DNA from: an uncultured Gammaproteobacteria bacterium
GTDB lineage: Bacteria > Pseudomonadota > Gammaproteobacteria > Francisellales > Francisellaceae
DNA length: 64,000 bases
Direction of reading: 5' to 3'
NCBI GenBank assembly: GCA_913060525.1
Contig: CAJXRW010000001.1
Span: 289-64,288 of the forward strand
Both the position numbers and the translations under genes were made by a program. The notes under the pieces were generated by a model. That model searched no databases. It was not told the origin of the DNA and worked only from the letters and a program-made list of their open reading frames with translations. Shown here piece by piece: positions 18,556 through 28,394 of the stretch. Every line of letters begins with the position of its first letter. Position 1 is the first letter of the stretch.

Positions 18556-19623
18556 ATGACAGTACAGGCACTTAGGAGTGTAACAATGGCAGATGGCGTA
18601 CAATATATTGATTTCACCAAAGCTGGGCAAGGTGCAGTCCTAAAACCATTGCGTGAACATTTAACCGATCCGTTGGTATCTGAAATTCTCATTAATCAGC
18701 CTGGCCAAGTATATATTGAAAAACACGGCGAGTTTACTGAACATAAAATACCGGAAGTGACTAACCGTATGCTGGTGGATTTATTTAGAACGGTTATGGT
18801 TCATAATAAGCAGTCTAACAAGAACTTGTTTTATGGTTCGTTAGAAGACGGATCAAGGATTACCTTGGTTGCACCACCTGTTTCAATTTATCCTACTGTT
18901 TCAATTAGGCGTAAAGTGGTACGTTTAATGACATTGAATGATTACCACAATCAGAAGTTTTTTAATCAAATTCAAACGCTATCCAATTTAGATGATGAAT
19001 TATCTTTGTTAGAACCAAAAGACTTAAAGTTAATCGAGCTATATCAATCTGGCAATCAAGAATATTTTATCCAAGAGGCGATTAAAGCGAAAAAAAACAT
19101 TGTCATTTCAGGTGGTACATCTTCAGGTAAGACCACATTTTTAAATGCATGTCTGCAGGAGATCCCATCAGACGAACGTATTATCAGTATTGAAGACACG
19201 CGCGAGCTAGAAGTCACTCAAGATAACTATGTTTCATTAAAAACCACCTCAGAGAAAGATGGGGGTGAAGAACTAAAAATGCAGGATCTAGTTAAAGCGT
19301 GTTTACGTTTAAGACCAGACCGAATTGTGATGGGTGAGATACGTGGTCAAGAGATCATTGATTTCATTACGGCTTGTTCAACCGGTCATGATGGTTCTAT
19401 TACTACGATTCACGCTAATAATCCTATTCATGCATTCCAGCGTATGGCTGGAATGTACAAGCAATCAGGTGGTGTAATGACAGACGAAGACATTATGAGA
19501 GAGTTGAAATCAGTTATTGATGTCGTGATTCAAATTGGTAAAACACCACAGGGCCGTAAAGCCAGGGCCATTTATTATAAATATGCCGATGTAGATTTAA
19601 GGAAAGTTGAGCATGTTGCGTAA
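18556..19623 (+). CDS. virB11: T4SS ATPase VirB11
   Basis: 355 aa. Walker A ISGGTSSGKTTFLNA, RPDRIVMGEIRG, and His-box region TGHDGSITTIHAN. Confidence 0.93.
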   Translation: MTVQALRSVTMADGVQYIDFTKAGQGAVLKPLREHLTDPLVSEILINQPGQVYIEKHGEFTEHKIPEVTNRMLVDLFRTVMVHNKQSNKNLFYGSLEDGSRITLVAPPVSIYPTVSIRRKVVRLMTLNDYHNQKFFNQIQTLSNLDDELSLLEPKDLKLIELYQSGNQEYFIQEAIKAKKNIVISGGTSSGKTTFLNACLQEIPSDERIISIEDTRELEVTQDNYVSLKTTSEKDGGEELKMQDLVKACLRLRPDRIVMGEIRGQEIIDFITACSTGHDGSITTIHANNPIHAFQRMAGMYKQSGGVMTDEDIMRELKSVIDVVIQIGKTPQGRKARAIYYKYADVDLRKVEHVA

Positions 19624-20062
19624 CTTAATTGGCTTTATCTGCGTTTTGATGCTTGACCAGGCGTATGCTATAGATCAACACATTTTAGGGCCAGCCACTT
19701 ATCAGAATTTACCCCAAAACGAATTAATGGAGTTGGCCAATGACCCAACGTTTCAACAAGAAATGATGTTAAGGGCTAACTTCATTCAATTGGATCAACA
19801 ATATCAATCATGTCAGCAAGCCAAAATGCCAGTGATTCCATTTAGTTATACGCTTAATAATTCAGAAACCAAAATGATACTGCAGGGAGAGTGCGTTTAC
19901 TTTAAACGCAAAGAAATGGATTACTTGTCTTATATGGTTTGCTATAACCCAAAATCTGCGGAATGTGTGCGTAAGTTGAATGGCATTCTACCTAGCATTA
20001 TTGATTACAATCAGCGTGTTCTTCAAGGTCAACCAGCCAAACAATCGACGATCAATTTGTAA
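19607..20062 (+). CDS. secreted hypothetical protein
   Basis: 151 aa with a signal-peptide-like N-terminus (..MLDQAYA/ID) and several Cys. Overlaps the virB11 end. TTG at 19607 or ATG at 19613. Confidence 0.5.
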   Translation: MSMLRNLIGFICVLMLDQAYAIDQHILGPATYQNLPQNELMELANDPTFQQEMMLRANFIQLDQQYQSCQQAKMPVIPFSYTLNNSETKMILQGECVYFKRKEMDYLSYMVCYNPKSAECVRKLNGILPSIIDYNQRVLQGQPAKQSTINL

Positions 20063-20072
20063 GGACAATTAA

Positions 20073-20366
20073 ATGTTAAAGCGAATATTTTTAATCAGTA
20101 TTTTAGTTGTCGCTACAAATTCGTATGCCATTATTCCTGTCACTATACCACCTACAGTCGCACAAACCCAACGTAAAGTTAACTGCATTTTAACTATAAT
20201 AAAAGCTATTGAACAGTCTGAATCAGAAGCTGAGAAGTTCTGCAAATCACTTGAATCAAATAACAATGCGTATAAACAATGCTTTGATAACAAATATTCA
20301 GAGCTATATAAATTAAAAATTACGGCTTTAAAACAAGACAGCACATTTGATCAGTGTCAGAGTTAA
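20073..20366 (+). CDS. secreted hypothetical protein
   Basis: 97 aa with a signal peptide (..VATNSYA/II) and 4 Cys. The antisense ORF 20069-20344 is considered spurious. Confidence 0.5.
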   Translation: MLKRIFLISILVVATNSYAIIPVTIPPTVAQTQRKVNCILTIIKAIEQSESEAEKFCKSLESNNNAYKQCFDNKYSELYKLKITALKQDSTFDQCQS

Positions 20367-20386
20367 ATTAATTCAGGACGGCAACA

Positions 20387-22576
20387 ATGAGTATCATCAA
20401 AAATATTAAAGCGGTATATACAGAAACACCTTGGTGGATATGGGTTGTGATTCTGTTATCAGCGCTATTGATTTGTGAAGCTTTGGTTTATGTGGCCACA
20501 ATTGAATTAAACCTACCGTATTACCCTTTTCCATATTCATATGTTGAGCTAATTGCGATAATTCGTGCAGGGGCAGGGTGGGCGATATTCGTTCCTTTTA
20601 TATTAATTTTATGCTTAATTATAGGTGGCGTATTAACTTTTCAAAGAAGCAAGATCGGGCATGTCCTACTCGTCTTTCCAATCGGGATATTAATAGGATC
20701 TGTTCTAGGTAATTTAATGTTTACCATCTTTGGTGATGCGGCTTTATCATTGTCACCGTTTTATGTATTTCACATGTACCATGCTTATGGCCAGGATGGT
20801 TATCTGCTTGCTTGTTATGCTTCAGGTTTTCTATTTGGACTAGGTATTGTTTATAGCTATTTAATTAAGAATGTTTGGTTGAGTGCGTATAATGTTCATG
20901 GTGAGTCTAGGTTTGCTACCTTGTTTGATTTATTTCTTTGGAAAATGCTCTGGCAGGGTAAAGAGGGGATATTTTTAGGGCGTTATTTCGGACTTAAAAT
21001 ATTTTCACGCGGATTTGAACATTTAGCGATATTTGTACCATCTGGTGGCGGTAAGTCTTCCACCATTGCTATTCCAAACATTATGCTATGGAAAGGCTCA
21101 TCGATTAACAATGATATGAGTCATGAGTTATATGAGTCCACAGCGAAATATTTGCGTCAACAAAAAGGCGCAAAAGTATTTTGTTTCTCTCCATCAATAC
21201 GCAAAACCCATCGCTGGAACTTATTTGAATATGCAATAACGCTACCTGATGCAGAGCGGTATAGTGAACTTCAGCGCGTATGCGAATACATTATACCCGC
21301 ACCTAAAGAAAGTGGCGCAAAAGGCCAAGAATGGGCCAAATATGCCAGACGTGTTATTACTGGTTTAACGGCATATTTAATTCATGAAAATGGTTATGTC
21401 ACTTTGGGGGATTTAGCCGAACTTGTCTGCAGAGGTGACTTTGAGAATTTTATCAGAAAAGAAGCCAGACGGATTGGGGAAGTTGTACCACAGTTTGGCG
21501 TTAATCTGAATGCGTATTTTAGTATTGTAGCCGAAGAAACTCGAAGTGGGATCAAATTTAACGTTGACGCTTACTTAGACTTGTTTTTAGACCCGATTGT
21601 TCGGGCAGCTACTTCAGCTAGTGATTTCCGTTTAAGTGATTTACGCAAAGATAATATCCATGTTTTTGTCGGTATTCCTGATTCTGAACAGTCACGTTTA
21701 GCACCCTTGCTTACTATGTTTTGGGAAGAGGTTGGCGCAACCTTTATGCGTAAAAAATATGATGAAAAAACGGATCAGCCTATCTTTTTGAATGTCGATG
21801 AAAAAGGGAATATGAATCGATTGGATAAGCTACGTAAAAATGTGAACGCATTTAGAAAATATGGAGTCAGAGTGGCATGGTATTTTCAATATAAAGATCA
21901 AGCCGGTGATAACTATTCTGAAAAAGAAATGAAAGCATTTACAAACAGTAAAACCAAACTGATTTATACGCAATCTGATCCAGCTGACGCGGAATGGGCA
22001 TCAAAGCTTTTTGGCCAACGAACCAAACGCTATTTTACCCGGACACGCAAAACATTATTTGGCTCAGGTGGTTATTCTGAACAAGTTGCTAAAAAGCCAC
22101 TGATTTCAGCGGATCAAATTAGCCGGTTAGATGATGGATCTGCACTGATTTCAATTGATGGTAAATATGGCGTTAAAGGCAAGAAAGCACCTTATTATAA
22201 AGATTCAAGTTTCAAACATCTTAGAAGCTATAAAACAGTATTCGAATCAGATAGATCAATCCCAACCCAAGAGCCTATGATGCCAAAGGTATTTCATGCT
22301 GATGGTGGAGCTGCAGAGCTAGATGATATGTGCGAAGAGGCGATTGCGAGACGCGAAAAAGCAAAACAAGAATCTAAATCAGAAATTGCCACCACCATTA
22401 AACAATTGTTATCAGATGTTCAGCAGTCCAAAAAAACAGATAAGGCAAATGAAGATCAAGAAGTTGCTGCGCCAGGTGAGGATAAACCCATAACAGGATC
22501 TGCAGATGAAAAAGATAGCAAAACAGATACAGAGCCAAAACCAGCTAGCGAACCAACCAAAGAAGAAGATATGTAA
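20387..22576 (+). CDS. virD4: type IV coupling protein VirD4/TraG family
   Basis: 729 aa. N-terminal TM helices, Walker A FVPSGGGKSSTIAIPN, Walker B-like IFLNVDEKGN, and an acidic C-terminal tail. Confidence 0.9.
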   Translation: MSIIKNIKAVYTETPWWIWVVILLSALLICEALVYVATIELNLPYYPFPYSYVELIAIIRAGAGWAIFVPFILILCLIIGGVLTFQRSKIGHVLLVFPIGILIGSVLGNLMFTIFGDAALSLSPFYVFHMYHAYGQDGYLLACYASGFLFGLGIVYSYLIKNVWLSAYNVHGESRFATLFDLFLWKMLWQGKEGIFLGRYFGLKIFSRGFEHLAIFVPSGGGKSSTIAIPNIMLWKGSSINNDMSHELYESTAKYLRQQKGAKVFCFSPSIRKTHRWNLFEYAITLPDAERYSELQRVCEYIIPAPKESGAKGQEWAKYARRVITGLTAYLIHENGYVTLGDLAELVCRGDFENFIRKEARRIGEVVPQFGVNLNAYFSIVAEETRSGIKFNVDAYLDLFLDPIVRAATSASDFRLSDLRKDNIHVFVGIPDSEQSRLAPLLTMFWEEVGATFMRKKYDEKTDQPIFLNVDEKGNMNRLDKLRKNVNAFRKYGVRVAWYFQYKDQAGDNYSEKEMKAFTNSKTKLIYTQSDPADAEWASKLFGQRTKRYFTRTRKTLFGSGGYSEQVAKKPLISADQISRLDDGSALISIDGKYGVKGKKAPYYKDSSFKHLRSYKTVFESDRSIPTQEPMMPKVFHADGGAAELDDMCEEAIARREKAKQESKSEIATTIKQLLSDVQQSKKTDKANEDQEVAAPGEDKPITGSADEKDSKTDTEPKPASEPTKEEDM

Positions 22577-24528
22577 TGCAATATACTGATGAGCAGCAAG
22601 CGGTAATTGAACACAAAGAAGGCCATGCGATTGCTAAAGCAGTGGCTGGTTCAGGTAAAACTGCCGTGATGGTGGGGCGCATTATTCATTTGCTTAAACT
22701 GGGCGTTGATCCTAAGAAAATATTAGTATTAATGTTTAATAACACAGCCAGAAATGATTTTTATCGCCGCTTAAAAAAAGAGATGGTCTTACAGAAAGTT
22801 GATCATGTTTCTGATCGCATCCCTGAAGTTAGAACGATCTCAAGTTTAGCGCTCAGAACGATCGAGCTACTTCAAGACAGTGAAGTTCTACCAGTTTATG
22901 ACATCATGTTTGATGATGCTAAAATTCAAAATCGCCTGGTGCGCGATGCCTTAAGGAAATCACAAGTTGAACCTTCAGCGGCAAATGTTGATTACTTGAA
23001 AGCGATTATCAGTTGGATCAAATCGCGTTGCGATGATGAAATTAATTACCACGGTGAAACCAATTGTGAAGAAGTGGTCATGTTTCTGAATTTTGAAAAA
23101 ATCAGACATGAACAAAAATTACGTTTCTTTGATGATTGGGCCTATGACACCGTTAACTTAATTAAAGAAGATCCAGAAATTATTTACGATGTTTTATCTT
23201 CAAGATATCAGCACATTATCATTGATGAGTTCCAGGACGTGAATAATGCTCAAATGCAGATCATTGATGTGTATATCAACCCTAAAACATCATTAATGGT
23301 GGTCGGAGATCCACAGCAATCTATCTATGGTTTTAGGGGGAGTGATCCTAGAATTATGCTTGAATACTTCCCTGATAAGTATAAGCCAACCAGTTATAAT
23401 CTATCAAAAACATTCAGGTTTGGGCCGCGTTCATCAAAAGCGGCCAATAATCTCATTTCGTATAATCAATTGCGTTTTGATTTAGATTGTCACTCTGCAG
23501 CTGGTACACCAGACACAAAAATATTCACACTCGATCAAGATGAATATCGGCCAGCTGAGTTAATTAAACACTATTGTCCAGACGATGATTATCAATCTAT
23601 TGCAGTGTTATGTCGTGAAAAATGGCATTGGCTGCAGACAGAAATTGAATGTTTAAAACATGGCATTCCATATTATTTGCCATCCAAAGAATCACCATCA
23701 TTTCTAGCACAACCGGCGGTGAAATCATTATTAGGGTATTTACGATTAGCTGATGAAGCTGAATTGTTTAAAAAATTGCCTGATAGTGAGCGTTTTAGTG
23801 TTATGGCCAGTATGATAGGTATTCCATCTTTATCCATTTTGTTGGCCTGTAAAAAACAAATCATAGATAGACTTAAGGATAATCCAGACAGTTATAATAT
23901 CTTTCCTGATACAGCTGAAATGTTAATGAACAGCCAGCTGGACAATGAGCAAGTAAAGAAACAACTTTATGCCCTAGAAAGACGTGAGACTGTATTTGAT
24001 ATGAGTCTTGGGCTAAATGGTGATAAAGGTAATGCCGTTAGAGCTTTAAAAGCAATTAGTAGTCCGAAAAGATTAAACTATGTTCGTTATTTTGAGTCTA
24101 CTGCAGTTAGAGTTAAAGATGCAGATTATCGTACCTTGATGATCAACGGCTTAATTGAGTTAGCTGAACATGTGCAAGATCAGTACCCAACGATTAACGG
24201 CTTTCTTGGTTATCTGGATCAACTACATGAGAATTATCAAAATCGCACCATAGAAGATCGTCAGACTTGCCTAACTATTATCACAATGCATCAGTCAAAA
24301 GGTCTGCAGTATGATCATATTATTATTCCTGAACTCCATGCAGAAACGATGCCAGCACAAAATGAAAAGGGTGTTGATGATATAGAAGGGGAGCGTAGGC
24401 TATTTTATGTGGCGATAACCAGGGCGCGTAAAACTTTACATTTAGTTCAAGGGAATGATCCATCTGTGTTTATTAATGAATGCTTTGAAAAGTGTGTAAA
24501 CCAGGAACAAGAGGAAGACACTGAATGA
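22576..24528 (+). CDS. UvrD/Rep-family superfamily-1 DNA helicase
   Basis: 650 aa. Motifs AVAGSGKTAVMV (I), IIIDEFQDVN (II), VVGDPQQSIYGFRG (III), TMHQSKGLQYDHIII (V) and RRLFYVAITRARKTL (VI). Start overlaps the virD4 stop (TAATG). Confidence 0.9.
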   Translation: MQYTDEQQAVIEHKEGHAIAKAVAGSGKTAVMVGRIIHLLKLGVDPKKILVLMFNNTARNDFYRRLKKEMVLQKVDHVSDRIPEVRTISSLALRTIELLQDSEVLPVYDIMFDDAKIQNRLVRDALRKSQVEPSAANVDYLKAIISWIKSRCDDEINYHGETNCEEVVMFLNFEKIRHEQKLRFFDDWAYDTVNLIKEDPEIIYDVLSSRYQHIIIDEFQDVNNAQMQIIDVYINPKTSLMVVGDPQQSIYGFRGSDPRIMLEYFPDKYKPTSYNLSKTFRFGPRSSKAANNLISYNQLRFDLDCHSAAGTPDTKIFTLDQDEYRPAELIKHYCPDDDYQSIAVLCREKWHWLQTEIECLKHGIPYYLPSKESPSFLAQPAVKSLLGYLRLADEAELFKKLPDSERFSVMASMIGIPSLSILLACKKQIIDRLKDNPDSYNIFPDTAEMLMNSQLDNEQVKKQLYALERRETVFDMSLGLNGDKGNAVRALKAISSPKRLNYVRYFESTAVRVKDADYRTLMINGLIELAEHVQDQYPTINGFLGYLDQLHENYQNRTIEDRQTCLTIITMHQSKGLQYDHIIIPELHAETMPAQNEKGVDDIEGERRLFYVAITRARKTLHLVQGNDPSVFINECFEKCVNQEQEEDTE

Positions 24529-25352
24529 AAAAGTTAAAGCAGCTTTTATGTGCAGCTGGATTAGGTTTTTCTTTTTCGTTATCAGCACACCAGCTTGACA
24601 CATTAAGCCAGCTTTCAGTTAAAGACTTCACTGACTATCAGATATCTGAAATAAGCTACCAAGTGACCGATGAAGTTGACATGTTGAGCCGTTCATTTGT
24701 TGAGGGGATGGCCAGTCGTGATGGGGTGGTTTACGTCAGTTCTGGTGGCTTCGGTTATTCATATATAACAGCTTACGCCTTAGACCAAAGTAAAAGTTTA
24801 TATACCTATTTTTTAGGCTCTAATGCATTCGGTGAAGGGATTACATTTTACCATAACCATCTTTATCAGATGAATTATCATAGCCAAGCAGTAGATGTAT
24901 ATGATTATGCCTTGCAGAAAAAGCAAACCATTACCTTTCCAATAGAGGGATGGGGGTTAACCCACAATAGCCATAGCTTTATATCCACGGATGGATCTAA
25001 CCAGGTTTATTTTATTTCCCCTGAAACGCACAAGATAACCAAGTCTATTAAGTTGTTTTTTCCTGGTACACAGCGTCAAATTTCACATTTAAATGACCTG
25101 ACTTATGTTAATGGCCAGTTGTACATTAACATTTTTGGCACAAGCTTGATTCTAGTTATTGATGCACAAGATGGAGAGATTAAAGGACTGCTCAATTTAG
25201 AAACGTTGAGCAAGCAACAAGGAAATTTGCCACCAAATTGCACCATGAATGGCATTACTTATGTCAAAGATAAGAATGTTTTTGTTATCGGTGGGAAATG
25301 CTGGAAAAAAAGATATGTCATTTCAATTAATCAACAAGGAGACAATAAATGA
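24525..25352 (+). CDS. secreted glutaminyl-peptide cyclotransferase (beta-propeller, plant/bacterial type)
   Basis: 275 aa with a signal peptide. The pattern FGEGITFYHNHLYQMNY, EGWGLTHN, STDGSNQVYFISPET, LNDLTYVNGQLYINIF and VIDAQDGEIKGLLNL matches the Glu_cyclase_2 family layout as I remember it. ATGA overlap with the helicase. Confidence 0.72.
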   Translation: MKKLKQLLCAAGLGFSFSLSAHQLDTLSQLSVKDFTDYQISEISYQVTDEVDMLSRSFVEGMASRDGVVYVSSGGFGYSYITAYALDQSKSLYTYFLGSNAFGEGITFYHNHLYQMNYHSQAVDVYDYALQKKQTITFPIEGWGLTHNSHSFISTDGSNQVYFISPETHKITKSIKLFFPGTQRQISHLNDLTYVNGQLYINIFGTSLILVIDAQDGEIKGLLNLETLSKQQGNLPPNCTMNGITYVKDKNVFVIGGKCWKKRYVISINQQGDNK

Positions 25353-25747
25353 AGAAAATAACTATAGCCAAGCTATCAGCAATAACGCTATCCGTAGCGA
25401 TATTAGGTGGGTGTGCTACTTACTATGATTTAATCACACCAGATGTAGAGCCTTACAGTGTAAACGTTACTGGCCAAACTTATAATTCTATTGAACCAGG
25501 TACAGTAAAATTAGTCTACGCATCACAACCGAACCCTGATGCACCATGTAAAAAATATAATATGATCGGGCAAATCAAAGTCTTGTCTGCAGACAAGCTT
25601 GGCCATCAAATATCAGCTGCACAAATGGCCATGTACTTCCAGCAAGCTGCAGCAAAATATGGTGCGGATGCGGTTATCAATATTACACCAGGTGGTGGCG
25701 GTTTTAGCTCAAATGAAACCGGTTACGCTATTAAGTGTCAAAATTGA
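25349..25747 (+). CDS. lipoprotein, unknown function
   Basis: 132 aa with lipobox LGGC. ATGA overlap with the upstream gene. The C-terminal AAKYGADAVINI resembles small stress/biofilm periplasmic proteins, but no firm family call is made. Confidence 0.55.
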   Translation: MKKITIAKLSAITLSVAILGGCATYYDLITPDVEPYSVNVTGQTYNSIEPGTVKLVYASQPNPDAPCKKYNMIGQIKVLSADKLGHQISAAQMAMYFQQAAAKYGADAVINITPGGGGFSSNETGYAIKCQN

Positions 25748-25759
25748 TAAGGAATACAG

Positions 25760-26467
25760 ATGAGAAATAAATTATTATCCAGTGTTCTTTTTTTATTAGT
25801 TAGCAATATATTTGCTGCTGATATCGTAGCACCTGACCCAAAGATCCTGACAGGTGATGATTTAGCTTCTACAGCTTTATGGAGAGGATTGCATCACAAT
25901 AATGATTCTTTGAGAAAATCGATGAATGATAATATCAAGGCTTATGCTGCTGCATATATCCCTGAAATTTATAGTAAGAGCAATCAGAACGAAGTTAGGC
26001 TTTCACAGTACACAGGAGATATTATTAACGTAATAGCTGATCAAGTTAATGCGGTACAAGATAGTAACCAAATTTTTATTATCGAAAAAGAAATTTCAGT
26101 CGGTGAATACAATCTTAACACTGGTACGTTTAGCGCAACTGTTCCATTAGTTATTTATCTTCCAACCAATTATGCACTTACCAGTTTAGTGCATACTCTT
26201 GATATAAAGTATCAAAATAAAATTACTTTAAAATTAGACGGCCAAGAGGATGATGATAACAAATACCTCAAGAAAAATTTACGCATGCCTAAATCAGAAG
26301 CATTAAAGTATATTGATAAATACCCCAATAGAACTATATGCGTTGAGTACATTGTAAAAGATATTCAGGTTAATGAGCCAGAACGAAAAGGTATTTTCGG
26401 CGCAACTGATTTTATCTTTGCTGCGGACATAATTAATTACAGTTTTACCAGAGGGCCTTGCGCCTAA
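25760..26467 (+). CDS. secreted hypothetical protein
   Basis: 235 aa with a signal peptide (..VSNIFA/AD). Last gene of the + strand run that begins at the T4SS. Confidence 0.5.
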   Translation: MRNKLLSSVLFLLVSNIFAADIVAPDPKILTGDDLASTALWRGLHHNNDSLRKSMNDNIKAYAAAYIPEIYSKSNQNEVRLSQYTGDIINVIADQVNAVQDSNQIFIIEKEISVGEYNLNTGTFSATVPLVIYLPTNYALTSLVHTLDIKYQNKITLKLDGQEDDDNKYLKKNLRMPKSEALKYIDKYPNRTICVEYIVKDIQVNEPERKGIFGATDFIFAADIINYSFTRGPCA

Positions 26468-26571
26468 ATTTCAAAAAAATGAATTATACAATTCAAATTT
26501 ATAACTAGATTTTATGCTTTGCTGCTGTATCGTAAAGACATAGATTAAAATATAACCAAGGGGTAACCATA

Positions 26572-26673
26572 ATGAAAATTAAAAACAAACTAATTATGAC
26601 TGGTCTTTTATCTGCAGTATCAATGTCTTTATTTGGGGCGATGCTCCTGAACTCCCACCACGATGCAATCTGA
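26572..26673 (+). pseudogene. 33-codon signal-peptide-like ORF that runs into transposon-end sequence (probable gene fragment)
   Basis: My translation gives MKIKNKLIMTGLLSAVSMSLFGAMLLNSHHDAI, with RBS AAGGGG upstream. From about 26646 the sequence belongs to the repeated Tn3-type end module. Confidence 0.35.
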
Positions 26674-26725
26674 CTATTTTATACTCATCATATTGCTGAT
26701 TTGTCCAAAATCTTTAGTTTGGCCC
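26646..26725 (-). repeat. Tn3-family transposon end module, right-type: terminal IR 26691-26725 plus subterminal repeat 26646-26675
   Basis: The reverse complement of 26691-26725 is GGGCCAAACTAAAGATTTTGGACAAATCAGCAATA. This matches the IR next to tnpA at 41761-41795 (GGGTTAAACTAAAGATTGTGGACAAATCGGCAAAA). The subterminal CCTGAACTCCCACCACGATGCAATCTGA is repeated, inverted, at 29971-29998 and 30381-30407. Confidence 0.8.
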
Positions 26726-26806
26726 AACTTTATATCCATTACTATCCTGTTCAAAATAATGCCATGACCCTTTTTTACCAGAATCCCGGCCCTGGTTTAA
26801 GTAACG

Positions 26807-27553
26807 TTAATTTTCAAAAATACTATAATTTTCTACATTCCAATAGTTTCCAATTTTATGAATCTGTCCTTGAACTGTTACACCTTCAATTTCGTAATGG
26901 ATTTTAAAGTTGATGTTATCATTAGTGGCATCCCATGTTTCGATATCAAGAACAGGTAAACCGTTAATATGTGCATTGGGATCTAAAAATTCTACTGGTT
27001 GATTGTATTTATTAACTGTTATATTGGTACCAAGATTTGCATTACTTTTAATTTTAAGTGGTTTGCGACCTGGTGTCTCAGGATGTAGGTAATATTGTAA
27101 TTGAGGATTATCAATGATTAATTTTATTACCACTCCTGTGTTATTTACGGCCTGAGCATGATGGTTTTTTGAGAACGGGTATGATCTAACAACATATCTT
27201 TCAACTTTCCTCGTACCCTGACCTATTATAAACGCAATTAAATACCTTTTATCATTATTTACCAAGGTGTAAGTAGGGAAAGAATCATAATTATAATAAG
27301 CATTAGGAGGGCCTAAGTATCCCTTTATCTCGCTGCTAGTCATTGAATAAATATCATTTGAGGTAACAAAAGAATATACCATTTCCGCACGTTCTTGGTT
27401 ATCAGCTGCAGCCCACCTTTCAACACTAAAAGATTCTGATCCAAATGATCTAAGCATGGTTTCATGCCAGGTATAAAACATAAAAAAAGTCGTAGATACA
27501 ATAATTAATGCAGCAAAAAAAATGATGGTTCTATTTTTCACGTATTGGCTCAA
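26807..27553 (-). CDS. membrane-anchored hypothetical protein (candidate immunity or accessory protein of the Hcp island)
   Basis: 248 aa with an N-terminal TM anchor (IIFFAALIIVSTTFFMF) followed by a soluble domain. TTG start 2 nt after the upstream stop. Confidence 0.5.
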   Translation of the reverse strand: MSQYVKNRTIIFFAALIIVSTTFFMFYTWHETMLRSFGSESFSVERWAAADNQERAEMVYSFVTSNDIYSMTSSEIKGYLGPPNAYYNYDSFPTYTLVNNDKRYLIAFIIGQGTRKVERYVVRSYPFSKNHHAQAVNNTGVVIKLIIDNPQLQYYLHPETPGRKPLKIKSNANLGTNITVNKYNQPVEFLDPNAHINGLPVLDIETWDATNDNINFKIHYEIEGVTVQGQIHKIGNYWNVENYSIFEN

Positions 27554-27555
27554 AA

Positions 27556-27939
27556 CTAGGCATGATCTTGATCTAGGCTCACATTATTTTCATTCTTTCT
27601 GGCTTTCTTTCTATAAAAGAAATAGGCAAGTATTAAAGGGGAAATTGGAAATAATGATATTACCATCACATAAATACTGAAATCAAAAATAATGCTTATA
27701 GACTGAGGGTAAGTAACGTAATACAGATGATAATACATATCAATATTAAAAATAATCTCGATCAATAACCAAGAGAAAAACATTTTCATTATGTTAGGTT
27801 TGAATGTAAATGAGAATATTAACAAAACAATATAGGCCCAAAAATATATGTATTCTGCACCTTCCAAAGTTTTCACTAAATATGAAGGGATAAGAAATAT
27901 CAAAGTATAAAATAGTGCATATATAAATGAAAATATCAT
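27556..27939 (-). CDS. small polytopic membrane protein (candidate immunity protein)
   Basis: 127 aa with about 4 TM helices. Start overlaps the stop of the DUF2778-like gene (4-nt overlap). Confidence 0.5.
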   Translation of the reverse strand: MIFSFIYALFYTLIFLIPSYLVKTLEGAEYIYFWAYIVLLIFSFTFKPNIMKMFFSWLLIEIIFNIDMYYHLYYVTYPQSISIIFDFSIYVMVISLFPISPLILAYFFYRKKARKNENNVSLDQDHA

Positions 27940-28379
27940 GGTTTTACCACCACCAATATTGGAGACTTCTGTTTGGCAATCATGTCAACTAAGCTGTTTG
28001 TAAGTCCATCCCCCCATAATCCGCCTCCAACATCGATACAGCCTGCAGATCCTGGAATACCGCCCCCATGTAGGAAAAAATTATTACGGCCAAATGTTTT
28101 GGTTTGTATTCTTGGGTGTAGCCGAATCCTAAAGTCACCCCAATCTGCTAGATGGAATACTGTTCTTGCAATATCATACAACGGATTTGGATCACTCAGC
28201 TCATGTGGATAAATATAATATTCACCAACTGGTAAAGGCCCTTCAAATGACTTTTTTTGGCAAGCTAAAGAGGGGTTATTTTTACATGAGCCTCTTCCTG
28301 ATGTGGCAAATAGTAATAAATCAAGTCCACCATCAGATGCAATTAATCGGCCTGTTTTAATATTAAAAACAATCTTCAT
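27936..28379 (-). CDS. DUF2778 / Tlde1-like L,D-transpeptidase-fold protein (candidate T6SS peptidoglycan-targeting effector)
   Basis: 147 aa with no signal peptide. FATSGRGSCKNNP...GPLPVGEYYIYP...FFLHGGGIPGSAGCIDVGGG carries the YkuD-like H-x(n)-S-x-G-C-I catalytic signature in the compact DUF2778 arrangement. Confidence 0.6.
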   Translation of the reverse strand: MKIVFNIKTGRLIASDGGLDLLLFATSGRGSCKNNPSLACQKKSFEGPLPVGEYYIYPHELSDPNPLYDIARTVFHLADWGDFRIRLHPRIQTKTFGRNNFFLHGGGIPGSAGCIDVGGGLWGDGLTNSLVDMIAKQKSPILVVVKP

Positions 28380-28394
28380 ACTGTACCCATTATT

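Noticed and set aside
14963-18692. Short ORFs overlapping virB6-virB11 (14963-15187, 15602-15784, 16069-16314, 16598-16792, 17113-17382, 17395-17658, 17677-17919, 18177-18404, 18456-18692).
   Set aside because: They are embedded in well-supported T4SS genes on the same or opposite strand, with low-complexity or Cys/Ser-rich translations. Judged non-coding.
20069-20344. 91-aa minus-strand ORF mirroring the 97-aa + strand ORF.
   Set aside because: The + strand ORF has a signal peptide, follows the operon direction and sits between virB11 and virD4. The antisense frame has no features.
26701-26907. 68-aa + strand ORF.
   Set aside because: It starts inside the Tn3-type terminal IR and overlaps the 3' end of the minus-strand 248-aa gene. 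No RBS was found. Judged spurious.
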